Both the position numbers and the translations under genes were made by a program. DNA of 64,000 nucleotides from Tortispora ganteri (Eukaryota), in assembly GCA_003707115.1 (NCBI GenBank), contig PPNB01000009.1, positions 1 to 64,000 on the forward strand, in the 5' to 3' direction. The first letter of the stretch is position 1. Each line of letters begins with the position of its first letter. Shown in pieces: positions 32,092 to 43,176 of this stretch. The notes beneath the pieces were generated by a model. The model ran no database searches and was not told where the DNA came from. It was given only the letters and a program-made list of their open reading frames with translations.

Positions 32092-33969
32092 ATGAAAGAT
32101 GTTGCAGCGAAACGACTACGCACTAAGCTAATAACAGATGAACATGCGACTTCTCCTCGCCAGAAATCGCGTCCGCTCACTGGCGGTCTGCTACTTTGTT
32201 GTTACCTACCTGCATTACATGCTTTGCCAATGCTTTTGACAAGACGCAGCAACCACTTGACTGCTACCGAAGGAACAACAAACAACGATTTTTTTGTCGA
32301 TCTGATAATAGCCATTTTTCTTGTTCTTCTAGGTGGTGTCTTCGCAGGCCTGACCCTGGCACTCATGGGCCAGGACGAGATCTACCTCCAAGTCATCGAA
32401 CAGTCCGGTGAACCTGCCGAACGCAAGGCTGCTTCAAACGTTCGTAACCTGCTGAAACGTGGAAAACACTGGGTTCTGGTAACTCTGCTTCTCTCGAACG
32501 TAATCACTAACGAAACTCTGCCTATTATCTTAGATCGTACTCTGGGAGGCGGGTGGCCTGCCGTCGCCGCTTCCACGGTCGCGATAGTCATATTCGGCGA
32601 AATCATTCCGCAGAGCGTCTGCGTGAGATACGGTCTCTCAATTGGCTCTATGTTTGCTCCTTTCGTTTTGGTGCTTATGTACTTGCTCTACCCGGTCGCT
32701 GTACCTACAGCCAAACTGCTCGACTACGCCCTTGGCGAGGATCACGGTACTATGTATAAGAAAGCCGGACTTAAGACATTGGTCACTCTACACAGGACCA
32801 TGGGTGTTGAAAGACTGTCGCAAGACGAAGTAACTATCATATCTGCCGTATTGGACCTCAAAGAGAAGCCCGTCGGCAGTATTATGACCCCCATGGCCGA
32901 CACGTTCACAATGAGCGCCGATACTATACTAGACGAGGCGATGGTGGATAGAATCTTGGAGGCCGGATACTCCCGCATTCCAATCCATGCTGCTAATGAA
33001 CCTACAAATTTTATTGGCATGCTCTTAGTCCGAATATTGATTTCATACGATCCTGAAGACGCCATGCCCGTTTCCTCTTTCCCTCTTGCAACTCTTCCGG
33101 AAACTCGTCCTGATACTTCCTGTTTGAATATTCTTAACTATTTCCAGGAAGGAAAGTCGCATATGGTATTGGTCTCAAACCATCCTGGCGAACCATACGG
33201 AGCCATTGGTGTTCTTACTTTAGAGGACGTTATTGAGGAGCTGATAGGCGAGGAGATTGTTGATGAATCTGACGTTTACGTGGATGTGCATCGCGCCATC
33301 AGAAGGACGCAGCCAGGTCCGCTAGCTAGAAGGTTGCTTACATACATCCACCATCACGGTACGGATCATGCTGGCCAGATTCCTGAACCGGATCGGATTC
33401 TGCAAAAACGCGCTTCTAAAATAGCGGAAGCCCCGACAAAACTCGGTCCTTCGAATCCAGCTTCTAATCCAAGAATGACCACCAATACTAACGTGAAAAT
33501 CAAGGTCCAGCCTAGTGCGCAAAATCCTTTGTCATTATCGCCTGAGCACGATTTTGGTATGTATGTACCGCCGGTTGACGATAGCGGAATTGATACCATT
33601 TCCTCTAATGCTCCATATGGATCTACTGGAAACTCGAAGGCAGTGGAGCTTGGTGGCTCCAAAAATAATAAGAAGTCTTCATTTGATAGCATTGACATTG
33701 CATCCGGCAAACACAATAACCACCACTTGCAGGTGGAACTAGATGGACAGCTCATCACCCCTGGAGACGGGAACTTTGAAAGTCAAAGCCATCGCAGTGG
33801 AGGAGTCGTTGAGAGTGTGGTCAACGTTCATGGATTTTCAAAGGTTGTTATTGCAACTACGGATGAATCTGAAGACGATGATGACCGTGAGTTAAGTTCG
33901 GGTAGTGGTGAGACAGGAAGAGAAGATGCGTCGTCGAATCCTTTACTACGGGTTTCGTACAAGCATTAA
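32092..33969 (+). CDS. MAM3: CNNM-family (DUF21 + CBS pair) metal transporter; start uncertain
   Basis: LGGVFAGLTLALMGQD, HWVLVTLLLSNVITNETLP, FGEIIPQ, GYSRIP, TLEDVIEELIGEEIVDESD. Confidence 0.93.
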   Translation: MKDVAAKRLRTKLITDEHATSPRQKSRPLTGGLLLCCYLPALHALPMLLTRRSNHLTATEGTTNNDFFVDLIIAIFLVLLGGVFAGLTLALMGQDEIYLQVIEQSGEPAERKAASNVRNLLKRGKHWVLVTLLLSNVITNETLPIILDRTLGGGWPAVAASTVAIVIFGEIIPQSVCVRYGLSIGSMFAPFVLVLMYLLYPVAVPTAKLLDYALGEDHGTMYKKAGLKTLVTLHRTMGVERLSQDEVTIISAVLDLKEKPVGSIMTPMADTFTMSADTILDEAMVDRILEAGYSRIPIHAANEPTNFIGMLLVRILISYDPEDAMPVSSFPLATLPETRPDTSCLNILNYFQEGKSHMVLVSNHPGEPYGAIGVLTLEDVIEELIGEEIVDESDVYVDVHRAIRRTQPGPLARRLLTYIHHHGTDHAGQIPEPDRILQKRASKIAEAPTKLGPSNPASNPRMTTNTNVKIKVQPSAQNPLSLSPEHDFGMYVPPVDDSGIDTISSNAPYGSTGNSKAVELGGSKNNKKSSFDSIDIASGKHNNHHLQVELDGQLITPGDGNFESQSHRSGGVVESVVNVHGFSKVVIATTDESEDDDDRELSSGSGETGREDASSNPLLRVSYKH

Positions 33970-34118
33970 CTTGAGCTTGAGAACTTATTGAAGCTTATTT
34001 GTTAAAGAACAGATCATTAACTACATTTATTATTCTTTTCGCTATACATTACATATTTGATTAGCTTTTGTGCACTGAGTTGTACGTATGTACCCTCCTA
34101 TAGTCAATTAGTATATAT

Positions 34119-35189
34119 TCAATATGTAAACTTGACAGGACGATGGGTGTTAGAAGAGTTAATTGATAGCTCAATGAATGCAATGTCTGCTAATGCTTCT
34201 TTAGGTGAAAGTTTCTTGTCAACAACGCCTGCTTGGATAGATTTGGCAAAACTCTGATATTCTGCAAGCACTGCGTCTTGAAAGTCATGTTTTGGAGTGA
34301 CAGTAAATACCTCTGGAGTCGGTTTTGGAGCAGATCGAAGACTTGATTCTTTAGGATAGAAGGTGACTGAGTTGGAGCTGTCCACATGTAGCATGCCGTT
34401 AGCACCATAGAGGTTAAGAGACAGACGACGCACTGCAGCACCCCAGGACAATGTTACAGTACCAGAAACCCCATTTTTCAAGTCTACTTTAGAAACGAGC
34501 GTATCTGCAGGTGGAAGGTATGGCTGGATCTGTCTCACTGAAGAGTACAATGAGTCAAACTCGGTGTTAAAACAGACCAGCATTCTCAGCAATGCTAAAG
34601 CGTGAACACCACCATCAAGCAGAAACCCTCCCTGGTAGTCGGGATCTTTTCTCCAAGGCGACTTAAAAGAAGGATGATCAGAGTCTACAACAGAAGTGAC
34701 GGTCAACTCGAAGAAGCTGATATCGCCCAGTTTTTCATGCATAAGGCGTTCTGCCTCGATATGCAGCGGAACGAACCGGTGCTGCTCTGCGACAGCCCAA
34801 ATAAGTCCATTATGTGTATTACGTGAAGATTCGTAAATTTCCATCATTGATTTCGCGGTGGCAATATCTTTAGCTATCGGTTTCTCGCTGAGAACATGTT
34901 TACCATGCACTAAACATCTCACCACAATATCCGCCTGAATGGTTATCGGCAAAGCCACAGCGACGGCACTGATATCTTCACGTTTAAGTAATTCAGCCAA
35001 ACTCTTGTTTTCTCCTAGATCGTCCGCATAAAGGTCCACCGGATGACCAATTATATCTATTGTCTCTTTAGCGGACTCCTGACGGCGGCTGTACACTGCT
35101 TTGATTTCGAACTGCCCAGAAGCCTTTAAAGCAGGCACATGCTGAGTGTTCATAAATCTGCTGGCGCCAATAAGTGCTATTCCAATCAT
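34119..35189 (-). CDS. Gfo/Idh/MocA-family oxidoreductase
   Basis: GKHVLSEKP, WR...YQGGFLLDGGVH. Confidence 0.9.
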   Translation of the reverse strand: MIGIALIGASRFMNTQHVPALKASGQFEIKAVYSRRQESAKETIDIIGHPVDLYADDLGENKSLAELLKREDISAVAVALPITIQADIVVRCLVHGKHVLSEKPIAKDIATAKSMMEIYESSRNTHNGLIWAVAEQHRFVPLHIEAERLMHEKLGDISFFELTVTSVVDSDHPSFKSPWRKDPDYQGGFLLDGGVHALALLRMLVCFNTEFDSLYSSVRQIQPYLPPADTLVSKVDLKNGVSGTVTLSWGAAVRRLSLNLYGANGMLHVDSSNSVTFYPKESSLRSAPKPTPEVFTVTPKHDFQDAVLAEYQSFAKSIQAGVVDKKLSPKEALADIAFIELSINSSNTHRPVKFTY

Positions 35190-36320
35190 TTCGTCAGTGG
35201 TTTAACTTCGATTTTGTTGACAATGGAGTCGTCTAAAGTTAGATGTATATATCCCTGCCTTGTTTCATATACTTCGCTCCTCCGCACCCTGACTTGAGGG
35301 TCCCTAAGCTGTTCTGACTGAAATTGCCACAACTGCTCGTAAAACTAAATACATCTATAAGTAGTTCAAGAAAGGTTCTTACGATATCTATCGTGCAATA
35401 ATCTTTTAGCAATTATCCTTATAATTGTACCTCTCTTGCCACTGTCGTCACCTGAACGTTCAAGGCCCAGCACAATGTTCCCAAGGTTTACTACTGCAAA
35501 CCATTTTGACAAATCGGCTACATAAGAACGTTAATTAATTTCTATCTGCAGAGCTTTTCCTTACCAATTGTCAGGTTAACACGACGCTGTCGTCGATGAC
35601 CAAGGCTGCTTCGTAACCTAATTTAAAATAAAGTTACGTCAAAATGAACCTTATATAAGTGGTTATCTCATCTAGTGTGATCTTCTTCGTTGTGATAGCT
35701 CTACAACAAGATAGTACGACGCTAAAAGGGGTATATTTGTAAATTGACAAAGGGTACCTTTTTTAATTTGCTAAATACTAAAGTTTGCTCTATGATCCGA
35801 CTGGCTTAACGAAAGATGCAGGCAATATTGTCCTCAAGGATCTGAAACCGTCTAGGAGTGACCAGGGAGCTACTTACCGTCACGCACAAGGATTTTTAAC
35901 AAACTTATATTGTGTATTTTTATTATTTAACTTACTTATCGTGTTCAAGTATGCGCTGAAATCCACCAGTCCAGCAGCAGTTGTTCTGTTCTGTTCTATC
36001 CTCTACTCGTTCTTAATGTACTCGTAGTATCTACCTTTTGCTCAATCGGAATACTTCTATTCCCATGACATATATATATTTCTAAACGAATTTGGTACGC
36101 AATATGGAATATCTATTATAAAATTAAGCCGATCTGCGATCGTCGCCTTACCCCACTGCAAAAGCCATTATTGAATGTGGCAATCATTATATGCCCTAAC
36201 CCTATTACATATTAACTTCTACCTGCTTACTAATGATCACGTTTATATTGTACCGCGCACTGAAATCCGGCTCTTCTTGAGAGGCCCAATTGATTGAATA
36301 TAATCGGGTAAAAACATATA

Positions 36321-37007
36321 ATGAGTTTAACACTATACTCTGCTATTATCTGTCCATATGCTGCGCGTGCGTGGATTGCGCTGAAGATTGCCGGAGTTGA
36401 TTTTGAGCTAGTCAACATCGATTTATCTAACAAACCTGATTGGTACATCAAGGATGTAAACAAGCTTGGTAAAGTACCTGCATTGAAAATCGGAAATGAA
36501 ATTCTGATAGAATCGGCTATTATTACCGAGTATATCGCCGATAAGTATCCTGAAGCGAAGCTATGGTTGCCTGATCCTCTTGATAAGGCGTATGGACTCC
36601 TTTTTGCAGAAAAATTCGGTGAACATTTGGGATCTTTCCGTTATAAAGTCCTGACTAAAGGGTTTAGTAATGCCAGTCTTTACAAGGAGGCTGTCGACTC
36701 TGTTCTTCAGTACCTTAGACTGGACCTGGCGAAGGGTCCTTATTTTGCAGGCTCAGCTACGCCTACAGTCACCGATATTTTATGTGCTCCGTTTATGGCT
36801 AGGATCTTGACCGACATTGAAAGCATATATCCTAAGGATATTGCTAAACAAGTACTTGATTCTGTGTCTGGCCCTGATTATGACGAGTTTAATGCTTATG
36901 CTAAGACACTAAGGAACATGAAGGAAATTAAAGAGACCTACGATGCTCACCTTGAGGAAAATATTGCACGTACAAAGCTCTGGCTTAAACAATATGGACA
37001 TCTTTGA
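36321..37007 (+). CDS. Cys-type glutathione S-transferase (omega-like)
   Basis: CPYA active site, KPDWY, GKVPAL, ESAIITEYI. Confidence 0.9.
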   Translation: MSLTLYSAIICPYAARAWIALKIAGVDFELVNIDLSNKPDWYIKDVNKLGKVPALKIGNEILIESAIITEYIADKYPEAKLWLPDPLDKAYGLLFAEKFGEHLGSFRYKVLTKGFSNASLYKEAVDSVLQYLRLDLAKGPYFAGSATPTVTDILCAPFMARILTDIESIYPKDIAKQVLDSVSGPDYDEFNAYAKTLRNMKEIKETYDAHLEENIARTKLWLKQYGHL

Positions 37008-37068
37008 AACTGAAATAATTAAAACATCAATTGCAATACATAACTAAAATACATGTTGTAGTATGTAC

Positions 37069-38979
37069 CTACTTGCTCGTCTCCCTTTCCAAGAATTCCG
37101 TCCAAAGATCAGCAATGCTTTCGTTGCTTTCACCAGTGAGCCCAAATCGATTCAATGTAGCCGATGATGTGGCTGCACCAGCTACTGGTAGCTTATCCAT
37201 AGACAGCGGCATTCTAGCTAATCCAGCAGCGGCCCGTTTTTGGTCATCCCACTTCAGGTAAGTCGCAATCACCTTGAGTACCTCAAACCGTTTAGAATCG
37301 CCTCTTGGAATTTGGATAAACGATAAGAACAAATTCGATATTAATTCCTTATCAAAGCTTATATCTGCATTATCGTTTTCCAGATCGACAGGCGCTGCTC
37401 CAGCTTCAAGGGACCGTGCAGCATCAATATTTGGCCGTAGTTTCTTGATCAGTTTCAATGCTTGTGTTAAATGTTCATTTAGTGCGACTGATTCGTGCCG
37501 TAGTTTGCCGACTAATGCGTTTTTTTCCTTTAATTCCTTCTCCAAATCAGTAATTGTAGACACTTGCTGTTGTAGCTTTTCTATTACAAGTTGCGCTTCA
37601 TGTGTTCTTGCATTCGCTGCCAAAAGTTCCTCTGCAGCTTCTTGCTTTTGAGCATCAAGTTTGTTCTCCAGATCTCTAATAGATTCTGTATATTCATAGC
37701 TTTTTGTATCGGCCTGAAGTCTTAGTTCTGCAATTTGCTCTTCTAGTCGAGCCTTGTTCTGGTTCTCGGACGCAGACTGTTCATTGTACAAACGCAGCTG
37801 ATCCTCCAAGTCCAGTATACGTGTTTCCAAGACCGTCCTTGCTTTTCGTTCCTCATTTGCCAAAATTTCCCAATCCGAAGCAGTCTGTTCAAGATTGGCC
37901 AGTTTTGTCTGAAGGCTCTCAATTTTTCTGTTTAAAGAATCTCTTTCTGCGTCCCAAGATTCTTGAGCGCTTGAAAGTTGCGACCTCAGGGCCTGGTTGT
38001 CTTTAGATAGCCTATCGAAATCGTCAGTGCTATTAATTAGTTCCTTTTTCAGCTGCGACACGGTATCCTCAAGCTCGGCAATTTGTGCTTCATTGTTTGC
38101 GATCTGCTCCTGGTCAGATTTGAGCCTCTCACCAATGCTAGTGCGAATAGCAGACATCTTCTCAACCAGTTCGTCATACTGATTTAAGTACTCATCTCTT
38201 TCAATAAGCGCCTGGTCAAGCTGATAGCGGAGATCTTCTATAGTTGCAACTTGAGACTCCAGAACTGTCTTTAAAGACAATCTGTCGCCATTTAAATTAG
38301 CAGCGGCGGTTGCAGCTGTACCTGCAGGTGGGGCGCTACTTGCGCCCGTCGATTTTCGTACATCGCCAGTGCTCTCATTGATGTCAATTGATTCTAAATG
38401 TCCTTCGAGCGACTTTATGGTGTTATCGACAAAACACACAGGTGCCTGTGTTTCGTCCACATGTCCATTCACGGTTTGGGTGTTGTCGAGGCTCTCCTGG
38501 GGACTATTAGAGTCAACGTGTTCGTAAGGAGAGCCTTCAGGCTGATTAAGATTTTGTGATATGGTAGGTATGATAGGTATGTTCTCTGAGAAGCCAGAGG
38601 TATGAGAAGGTTCGGGAGCAGGTTTCAGTGCTGGTTCGGATGAAGTATAGTCGAGGCTGGCTGAAACGGCTGCGGCCGAGGGAGGAAGAGTGTTGGCGAG
38701 TACAGTGTCTTGACCACTGAGTTGGGGTTGTTCTGCATTATCGTTACAATCGCTTTGATTGGTGTCAGTATCAGCAGCGTCGTCCTGCCGTGAGTCCATT
38801 TTTGAAGACTTGGTAGATACAACAGGTACTTGCGTATCAATGACTGACTGTGAAGGTTCTTGATTGTCTGTTTGTGCTTGCACATCAGCATCGCCAAAAT
38901 CAATCTGTTCGTCACCCCAGCCGTCTAAATCGTCAAAATTGTCAAAGCTATCGTCAACATTGTCATCAAGTGGTTTCAT
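37069..38979 (-). CDS. RUD3: Golgin with C-terminal GRAB domain
   Basis: Long coiled coil; GKLRHE...LNEHLT; DKELISNLFLSF..PRGDSKRFEVL; terminal SIADLWTEFLERE. Confidence 0.88.
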   Translation of the reverse strand: MKPLDDNVDDSFDNFDDLDGWGDEQIDFGDADVQAQTDNQEPSQSVIDTQVPVVSTKSSKMDSRQDDAADTDTNQSDCNDNAEQPQLSGQDTVLANTLPPSAAAVSASLDYTSSEPALKPAPEPSHTSGFSENIPIIPTISQNLNQPEGSPYEHVDSNSPQESLDNTQTVNGHVDETQAPVCFVDNTIKSLEGHLESIDINESTGDVRKSTGASSAPPAGTAATAAANLNGDRLSLKTVLESQVATIEDLRYQLDQALIERDEYLNQYDELVEKMSAIRTSIGERLKSDQEQIANNEAQIAELEDTVSQLKKELINSTDDFDRLSKDNQALRSQLSSAQESWDAERDSLNRKIESLQTKLANLEQTASDWEILANEERKARTVLETRILDLEDQLRLYNEQSASENQNKARLEEQIAELRLQADTKSYEYTESIRDLENKLDAQKQEAAEELLAANARTHEAQLVIEKLQQQVSTITDLEKELKEKNALVGKLRHESVALNEHLTQALKLIKKLRPNIDAARSLEAGAAPVDLENDNADISFDKELISNLFLSFIQIPRGDSKRFEVLKVIATYLKWDDQKRAAAGLARMPLSMDKLPVAGAATSSATLNRFGLTGESNESIADLWTEFLERETSK

Positions 38980-39098
38980 TGTTGCGTGGAATAATAAAGG
39001 TAAGATAGCGATTGCTCTAGGTGGTTTGGCTGGTAGGGGTAGAATATATTATACACATCCCACCTCCACCTATCTCCACCACAACTCTACACTTAACA

Positions 39099-39641
39099 AT
39101 GAGGATGCGAAACCGTTTCAAACCTACGCATTTCCTTTCTATACCGTTACAGGACAACCAACAGCTTATTGAGAGTTGTCATAAATGGAGACAAGATGTT
39201 CTGAGTCTTGCACCAGATGTAGAGCCTTACCTGCTGCCGGATCCGGGACTGCACATCACGATCGCTACGATTCCCGATATCAAAGTCGGGCAACTGGCTA
39301 TGAAGAATCTCAGGGAATCCAATCTGCAAAAATTTGCCCTTGAAGTGAAAGGTACTGGTAGCTTCAATGCTGCGTCCGGTGTTGTGTTTGGCAGAGTGCA
39401 TGGTCAGACACAGATGCTAGACGAGATACGTGCGGTTTCTAAAGTACCACTGCCAAATTCCACTTATACACCGCATCTCTCTCTAATAAGAAGGTATCCA
39501 CGTAAAGTAACACACATTGCATCGCATTATCCAAACTTCATGTTCATGCCGCTTCAGGAGATGAATAAAATAGCACTCTGCAAAATGTCCGCCAATGCCG
39601 ATGGCGCCTACACAACTATCGATGAAATCATTATACAATAA
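39099..39641 (+). CDS. 2H phosphoesterase, AKAP7/LigT-like
   Basis: PTHFLSIPL N-terminal motif and two Hx[T/S]x motifs (LHITI, PHLSL). Confidence 0.75.
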   Translation: MRMRNRFKPTHFLSIPLQDNQQLIESCHKWRQDVLSLAPDVEPYLLPDPGLHITIATIPDIKVGQLAMKNLRESNLQKFALEVKGTGSFNAASGVVFGRVHGQTQMLDEIRAVSKVPLPNSTYTPHLSLIRRYPRKVTHIASHYPNFMFMPLQEMNKIALCKMSANADGAYTTIDEIIIQ

Positions 39642-39747
39642 GAGAATATGTTTCTGACAAAAAAGAAAATATGAAAGCGTCAAGATACGCTCGCTTCTGT
39701 ATGCAAAGGAAGCCGTTCCCTCTTAAAGAGATCAACGAAATAATCTA

Positions 39748-41064
39748 TTAGTCGTCCTCATTAGCATCGTCCAATTCAGTGCGCAATTCATGACAAATGT
39801 CAAAACATTCCGCCAATAGAGCATTCAGTAAGCCTTGTCCCTCCGGTATGGTATCGCCTACTAGAAACTTACCGTCTTGTCGCATGTTGTCAATAGACGC
39901 AAGTTTCATTTGGTATGGATACAGATCACGGGCAGACGATAATCCACCCATTCGCTTAACTTCAAGTAAACATCGCCTGACTGTGGACAACTGATTCTGA
40001 ACAGGCATAAGCGCTTCAGACACCGGTTCAGATGCCTCCAGAAGTTTGTAAATAAGCGCATAGCACCGTCTCAGCAGGTATAGCAACAAATTGCCGCCTT
40101 TACCGGGGTTCCCATTCTCGTCAACAAACTTGCCATTAACTCTTAAATCATCAATCTCCTTCAGCTTATGCTGATAATAATATAGATCAGTCTCTCGCAT
40201 AGTCCATCTATGAGTCAACGACAATGTCTCTAACTGAGATTTCATCGTAGTGAGCTCGTTAAATATGTCCTGTAGGAACGGCGCTATCAGCTCATCCTTA
40301 GAAGCTAGAATATCGTTGAGGTTATCATGGATATCCTCTATACAAGCATTGACTTGCGACTCACCTTCAGCTATGTCGCCGTCCGGCGTCAAAAAATGCC
40401 CATCGACTCTCTTTGCTTCAATTCGCCGCAATTCCTCTTTAATATCGTTTAACTGCTTGATGGATAGTCCAGCCTTGGTGCTGGCTGTAGTGCGAAACAT
40501 AAGTCTTCTGAGATTAACCAAACGACCCAGAAGAGACATCATATCTGGCGATATCTTAGACAAAGATTCCTCCAGCTCTTTCAAAGAGCTCTCTGCAACA
40601 TCAATTTTCTTCTTCAACAACTGTACAACCTCCGGTGACTCTTCGCCACTATCGTTCTTTACAATTGCCTTGATCTCCTCAAGGCGCGTCCTTATAGGCT
40701 GCAGGTCGTTCTCCGAATATATTCTGACCTCTTTCAAATGCTCTAAAATTCGCTGCACCGTAGACAAGGATGCATAGGTGGCTACTGCTTCCCTGTTCAG
40801 TCCTACAGTCAAAAAGCACAATGACAGCAGCTGAAAGACGTCTTCTAGGACAGTGTCCAAGCGATTGCGTTCATCATGGTACTGCGGGTCCTCGCGAATA
40901 TGATTAATTTTACTAATTTGGCTAATTAGCTGTTCATATAAAGCGCTAACATCGGAAGATTTCATATAATCAGATCTGTCTTGTTTGAGCGCTGTCAGTT
41001 TAGATCTCAGGTTGATCAGTCTCTGCAGAATGGGCTGCTCAAATGTGGGCACCGCAGAGTTCAT
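39748..41064 (-). CDS. Conserved fungal DUF2408/UPF0662 protein (YPL260W/Cub1-like)
   Basis: LKQDRS.Y, FQLLSLCFLTVG, THRWTMRETDL, SEPVSEAL, LYPYQMKL, PEGQG. Confidence 0.8.
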   Translation of the reverse strand: MNSAVPTFEQPILQRLINLRSKLTALKQDRSDYMKSSDVSALYEQLISQISKINHIREDPQYHDERNRLDTVLEDVFQLLSLCFLTVGLNREAVATYASLSTVQRILEHLKEVRIYSENDLQPIRTRLEEIKAIVKNDSGEESPEVVQLLKKKIDVAESSLKELEESLSKISPDMMSLLGRLVNLRRLMFRTTASTKAGLSIKQLNDIKEELRRIEAKRVDGHFLTPDGDIAEGESQVNACIEDIHDNLNDILASKDELIAPFLQDIFNELTTMKSQLETLSLTHRWTMRETDLYYYQHKLKEIDDLRVNGKFVDENGNPGKGGNLLLYLLRRCYALIYKLLEASEPVSEALMPVQNQLSTVRRCLLEVKRMGGLSSARDLYPYQMKLASIDNMRQDGKFLVGDTIPEGQGLLNALLAECFDICHELRTELDDANEDD

Positions 41065-41267
41065 CGTTTAAAATTCCAGCTGGTATTCAGACAGCAACTA
41101 TTAAGCACTAATTGCGCGCGTTCTTAATTATACAACAATGCCTGGTGAAGATCTATGTCCTATCTTCGAGCTACAAGGAAAAGGGAATTGGAAGATATGG
41201 TTGGTTTCCAGGAGCGCTAATTAAGCTGCTCGGTGGGGTAGCACCCCTTTACCCTAAACTGTAATTG

Positions 41268-41306
41268 TAGGGCGGCTTTTCTGCCCTATAAAGTCACAGT
41301 CACGCA
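41268..41306 (+). promoter_or_regulatory. RP-gene promoter: inverted TAGGGCGG...CTGCCCTA (Tbf1/IFHL-type) plus Homol-D-like CAGTCACGCA
   Basis: Motifs read directly; the same motifs occur upstream of RPL15. Confidence 0.7.
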
Positions 41307-41388
41307 CTTAGCAACTCTTACACCACACAACTCCCACACACGCTCCCACCAACTTCGGTTGACTATTACACATACATTCAACGAAATA

Positions 41389-41715
41389 ATGTCTGCTCAA
41401 ACTGCTTGCTCATACGCCGCTTTAATCTTGGCTGACGAAGGTGCCGAAATCACCGCCGATAAGCTTCAAACTCTTATCCAAAGTGCCGGTATCGACTCCG
41501 TCGAGCCTATCTGGACTCAATTGTTCGCTAAGGCTCTGGAAGGAAAGGACATCAAGGAGCTCTTGTTTAACGTTGGATCTGCTGCTCCTGCTGCTGGTGC
41601 CGCTGCCGGCGGTGCTGCTGCTGGAGGTGCCGCTTCCGAAGACGCTCCTGCTGAGGAGAAAGAGGAGGAGAAGGAGGAATCCGACGACGACATGGGATTC
41701 GGTCTGTTTGACTAA
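41389..41715 (+). CDS. RPP1: 60S acidic ribosomal protein P1
   Basis: [17 protein letters not shown], terminal [13 protein letters not shown]. Confidence 0.97.
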   Translation: MSAQTACSYAALILADEGAEITADKLQTLIQSAGIDSVEPIWTQLFAKALEGKDIKELLFNVGSAAPAAGAAAGGAAAGGAASEDAPAEEKEEEKEESDDDMGFGLFD

Positions 41716-41975
41716 GAATTTATTACTTAGCTAATGAACGTCTTATGTTAGTTTTTTCTGAAACATTACGCCTGCTGTAGTAAAGTGTAAGCTTGCGATA
41801 CATATTCGCACATAGTAAATGAGTAGATAATCATAATCGTAGTATTGATATAGTAGATGAGATACACGTTGGCTTCCGCATATGCTAAAGTGTTGTCGAT
41901 AGAAGAACTATCGCTGCGGACTATTATCGCAGAATATTCTCCGACGATGATATACGATTGCCGTGATTAGCATGC

Positions 41976-42881
41976 TTATACAGCAAAATCGTCGGCCGTC
42001 TGTCTGTATATATAGAATTGTGCAAAAATGATGAGATCCTCCACGATGGTGCCCAAGGACCCGATGAGCCAGGGTAGATTGAGCATCATGTACTCATGTT
42101 CGGTCGAAAATATAATAATTTGAGCACCATATGTAAGGTTTCCTATGGTAGAGAGAATGAAGAATAGTAAGGATAGGCCATGTACACTCCTCTTCTTATG
42201 ATTTTGGATAATCTGCGGAATACGTGCGGCCAAGTATAGGACGGCCGATATATAGCCGAATGCAGAAGCCCAGTCTTCCTGAACAGGACCAGGCACACCG
42301 TTGTGTGAGTCTCCGTCAGAAGGCGACGTTGATCCAGAGAGAAAAAATCCACCAGCGCCGGAGAGTATGATTACGAACAGAGGAATAACATATTGAACTA
42401 GAACAAGGCGCCAGCCTTGTCTGGGCTGCTCAATGATAGCAGCCAATGAGTCATTACTGCTTGATTTTCTTCTTCGCACAGATGATCGACGCCTGTTGGC
42501 AGAAGGTCGCCTGCCTGCAAGTGAGTTGTTGCGCTCTAGAAGCGGAGATAAATGGTCATCTGCGGCATTGGATCGCGATCTCTCCAGTTCCTCTAAACGT
42601 TCGAGCCTCCTGTAATATAAAGTAGAAACAATTATAAGACAGTCAGCTATGCAAAACCATACAGCCAAAGCAATCACCTGAGGTAGTAAATCACCTATTA
42701 TAGCGCCAATTAAGTTTGTGATATCACCAATGAACCATGCAGTAATGAACGTTAACGATATGCCATCGGATGATTTTAATTTCCATTGTTCGATAAGCTG
42801 CGGAAGGAGAAGCACAACCCAACATGAAATACTAATAGATCCACATAATCCAGAGATAGCTACTCTGAGATCGTCGGTCAT
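41976..42881 (-). CDS. PQ-loop vacuolar basic amino acid transporter (Ypq-like)
   Basis: Two PQ motifs (LLPQL, ARIPQI), multiple TM segments; first ATG at 42881. Confidence 0.88.
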   Translation of the reverse strand: MTDDLRVAISGLCGSISISCWVVLLLPQLIEQWKLKSSDGISLTFITAWFIGDITNLIGAIIGDLLPQVIALAVWFCIADCLIIVSTLYYRRLERLEELERSRSNAADDHLSPLLERNNSLAGRRPSANRRRSSVRRRKSSSNDSLAAIIEQPRQGWRLVLVQYVIPLFVIILSGAGGFFLSGSTSPSDGDSHNGVPGPVQEDWASAFGYISAVLYLAARIPQIIQNHKKRSVHGLSLLFFILSTIGNLTYGAQIIIFSTEHEYMMLNLPWLIGSLGTIVEDLIIFAQFYIYRQTADDFAV

Positions 42882-43176
42882 GTTAGGCAAATTAAGAAGC
42901 TGAAGGTATAGACGATGGTGGAAAGGCGTAGTGCAACCAGCTTTTCTGTCCTTGCAATTCAGGTACAGAAACACGCCCCATGGCAACGTACAGGGCCCGC
43001 CTCGCACATAACAGAAAGGTTGCAAGTTTTAAAGGCGTTTATGTGATGTATAGATATGCTTAGAGACTAGTGTATATTTTTTTATTACTGAAGAAGACTT
43101 ATTCGCCACAGTTTTCAGTACTTTTTCATTATGTGGCCTTATGTTTAACTATTGCGCAGTTACCCCTTAGTGTATT

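Noticed and set aside
36194..36204. CCCTAACCCTA as a telomerase RNA template
   Set aside because: Only about 115 bp before the GST ATG, leaving no room for downstream TER domains; more likely a Tbf1-type site or chance
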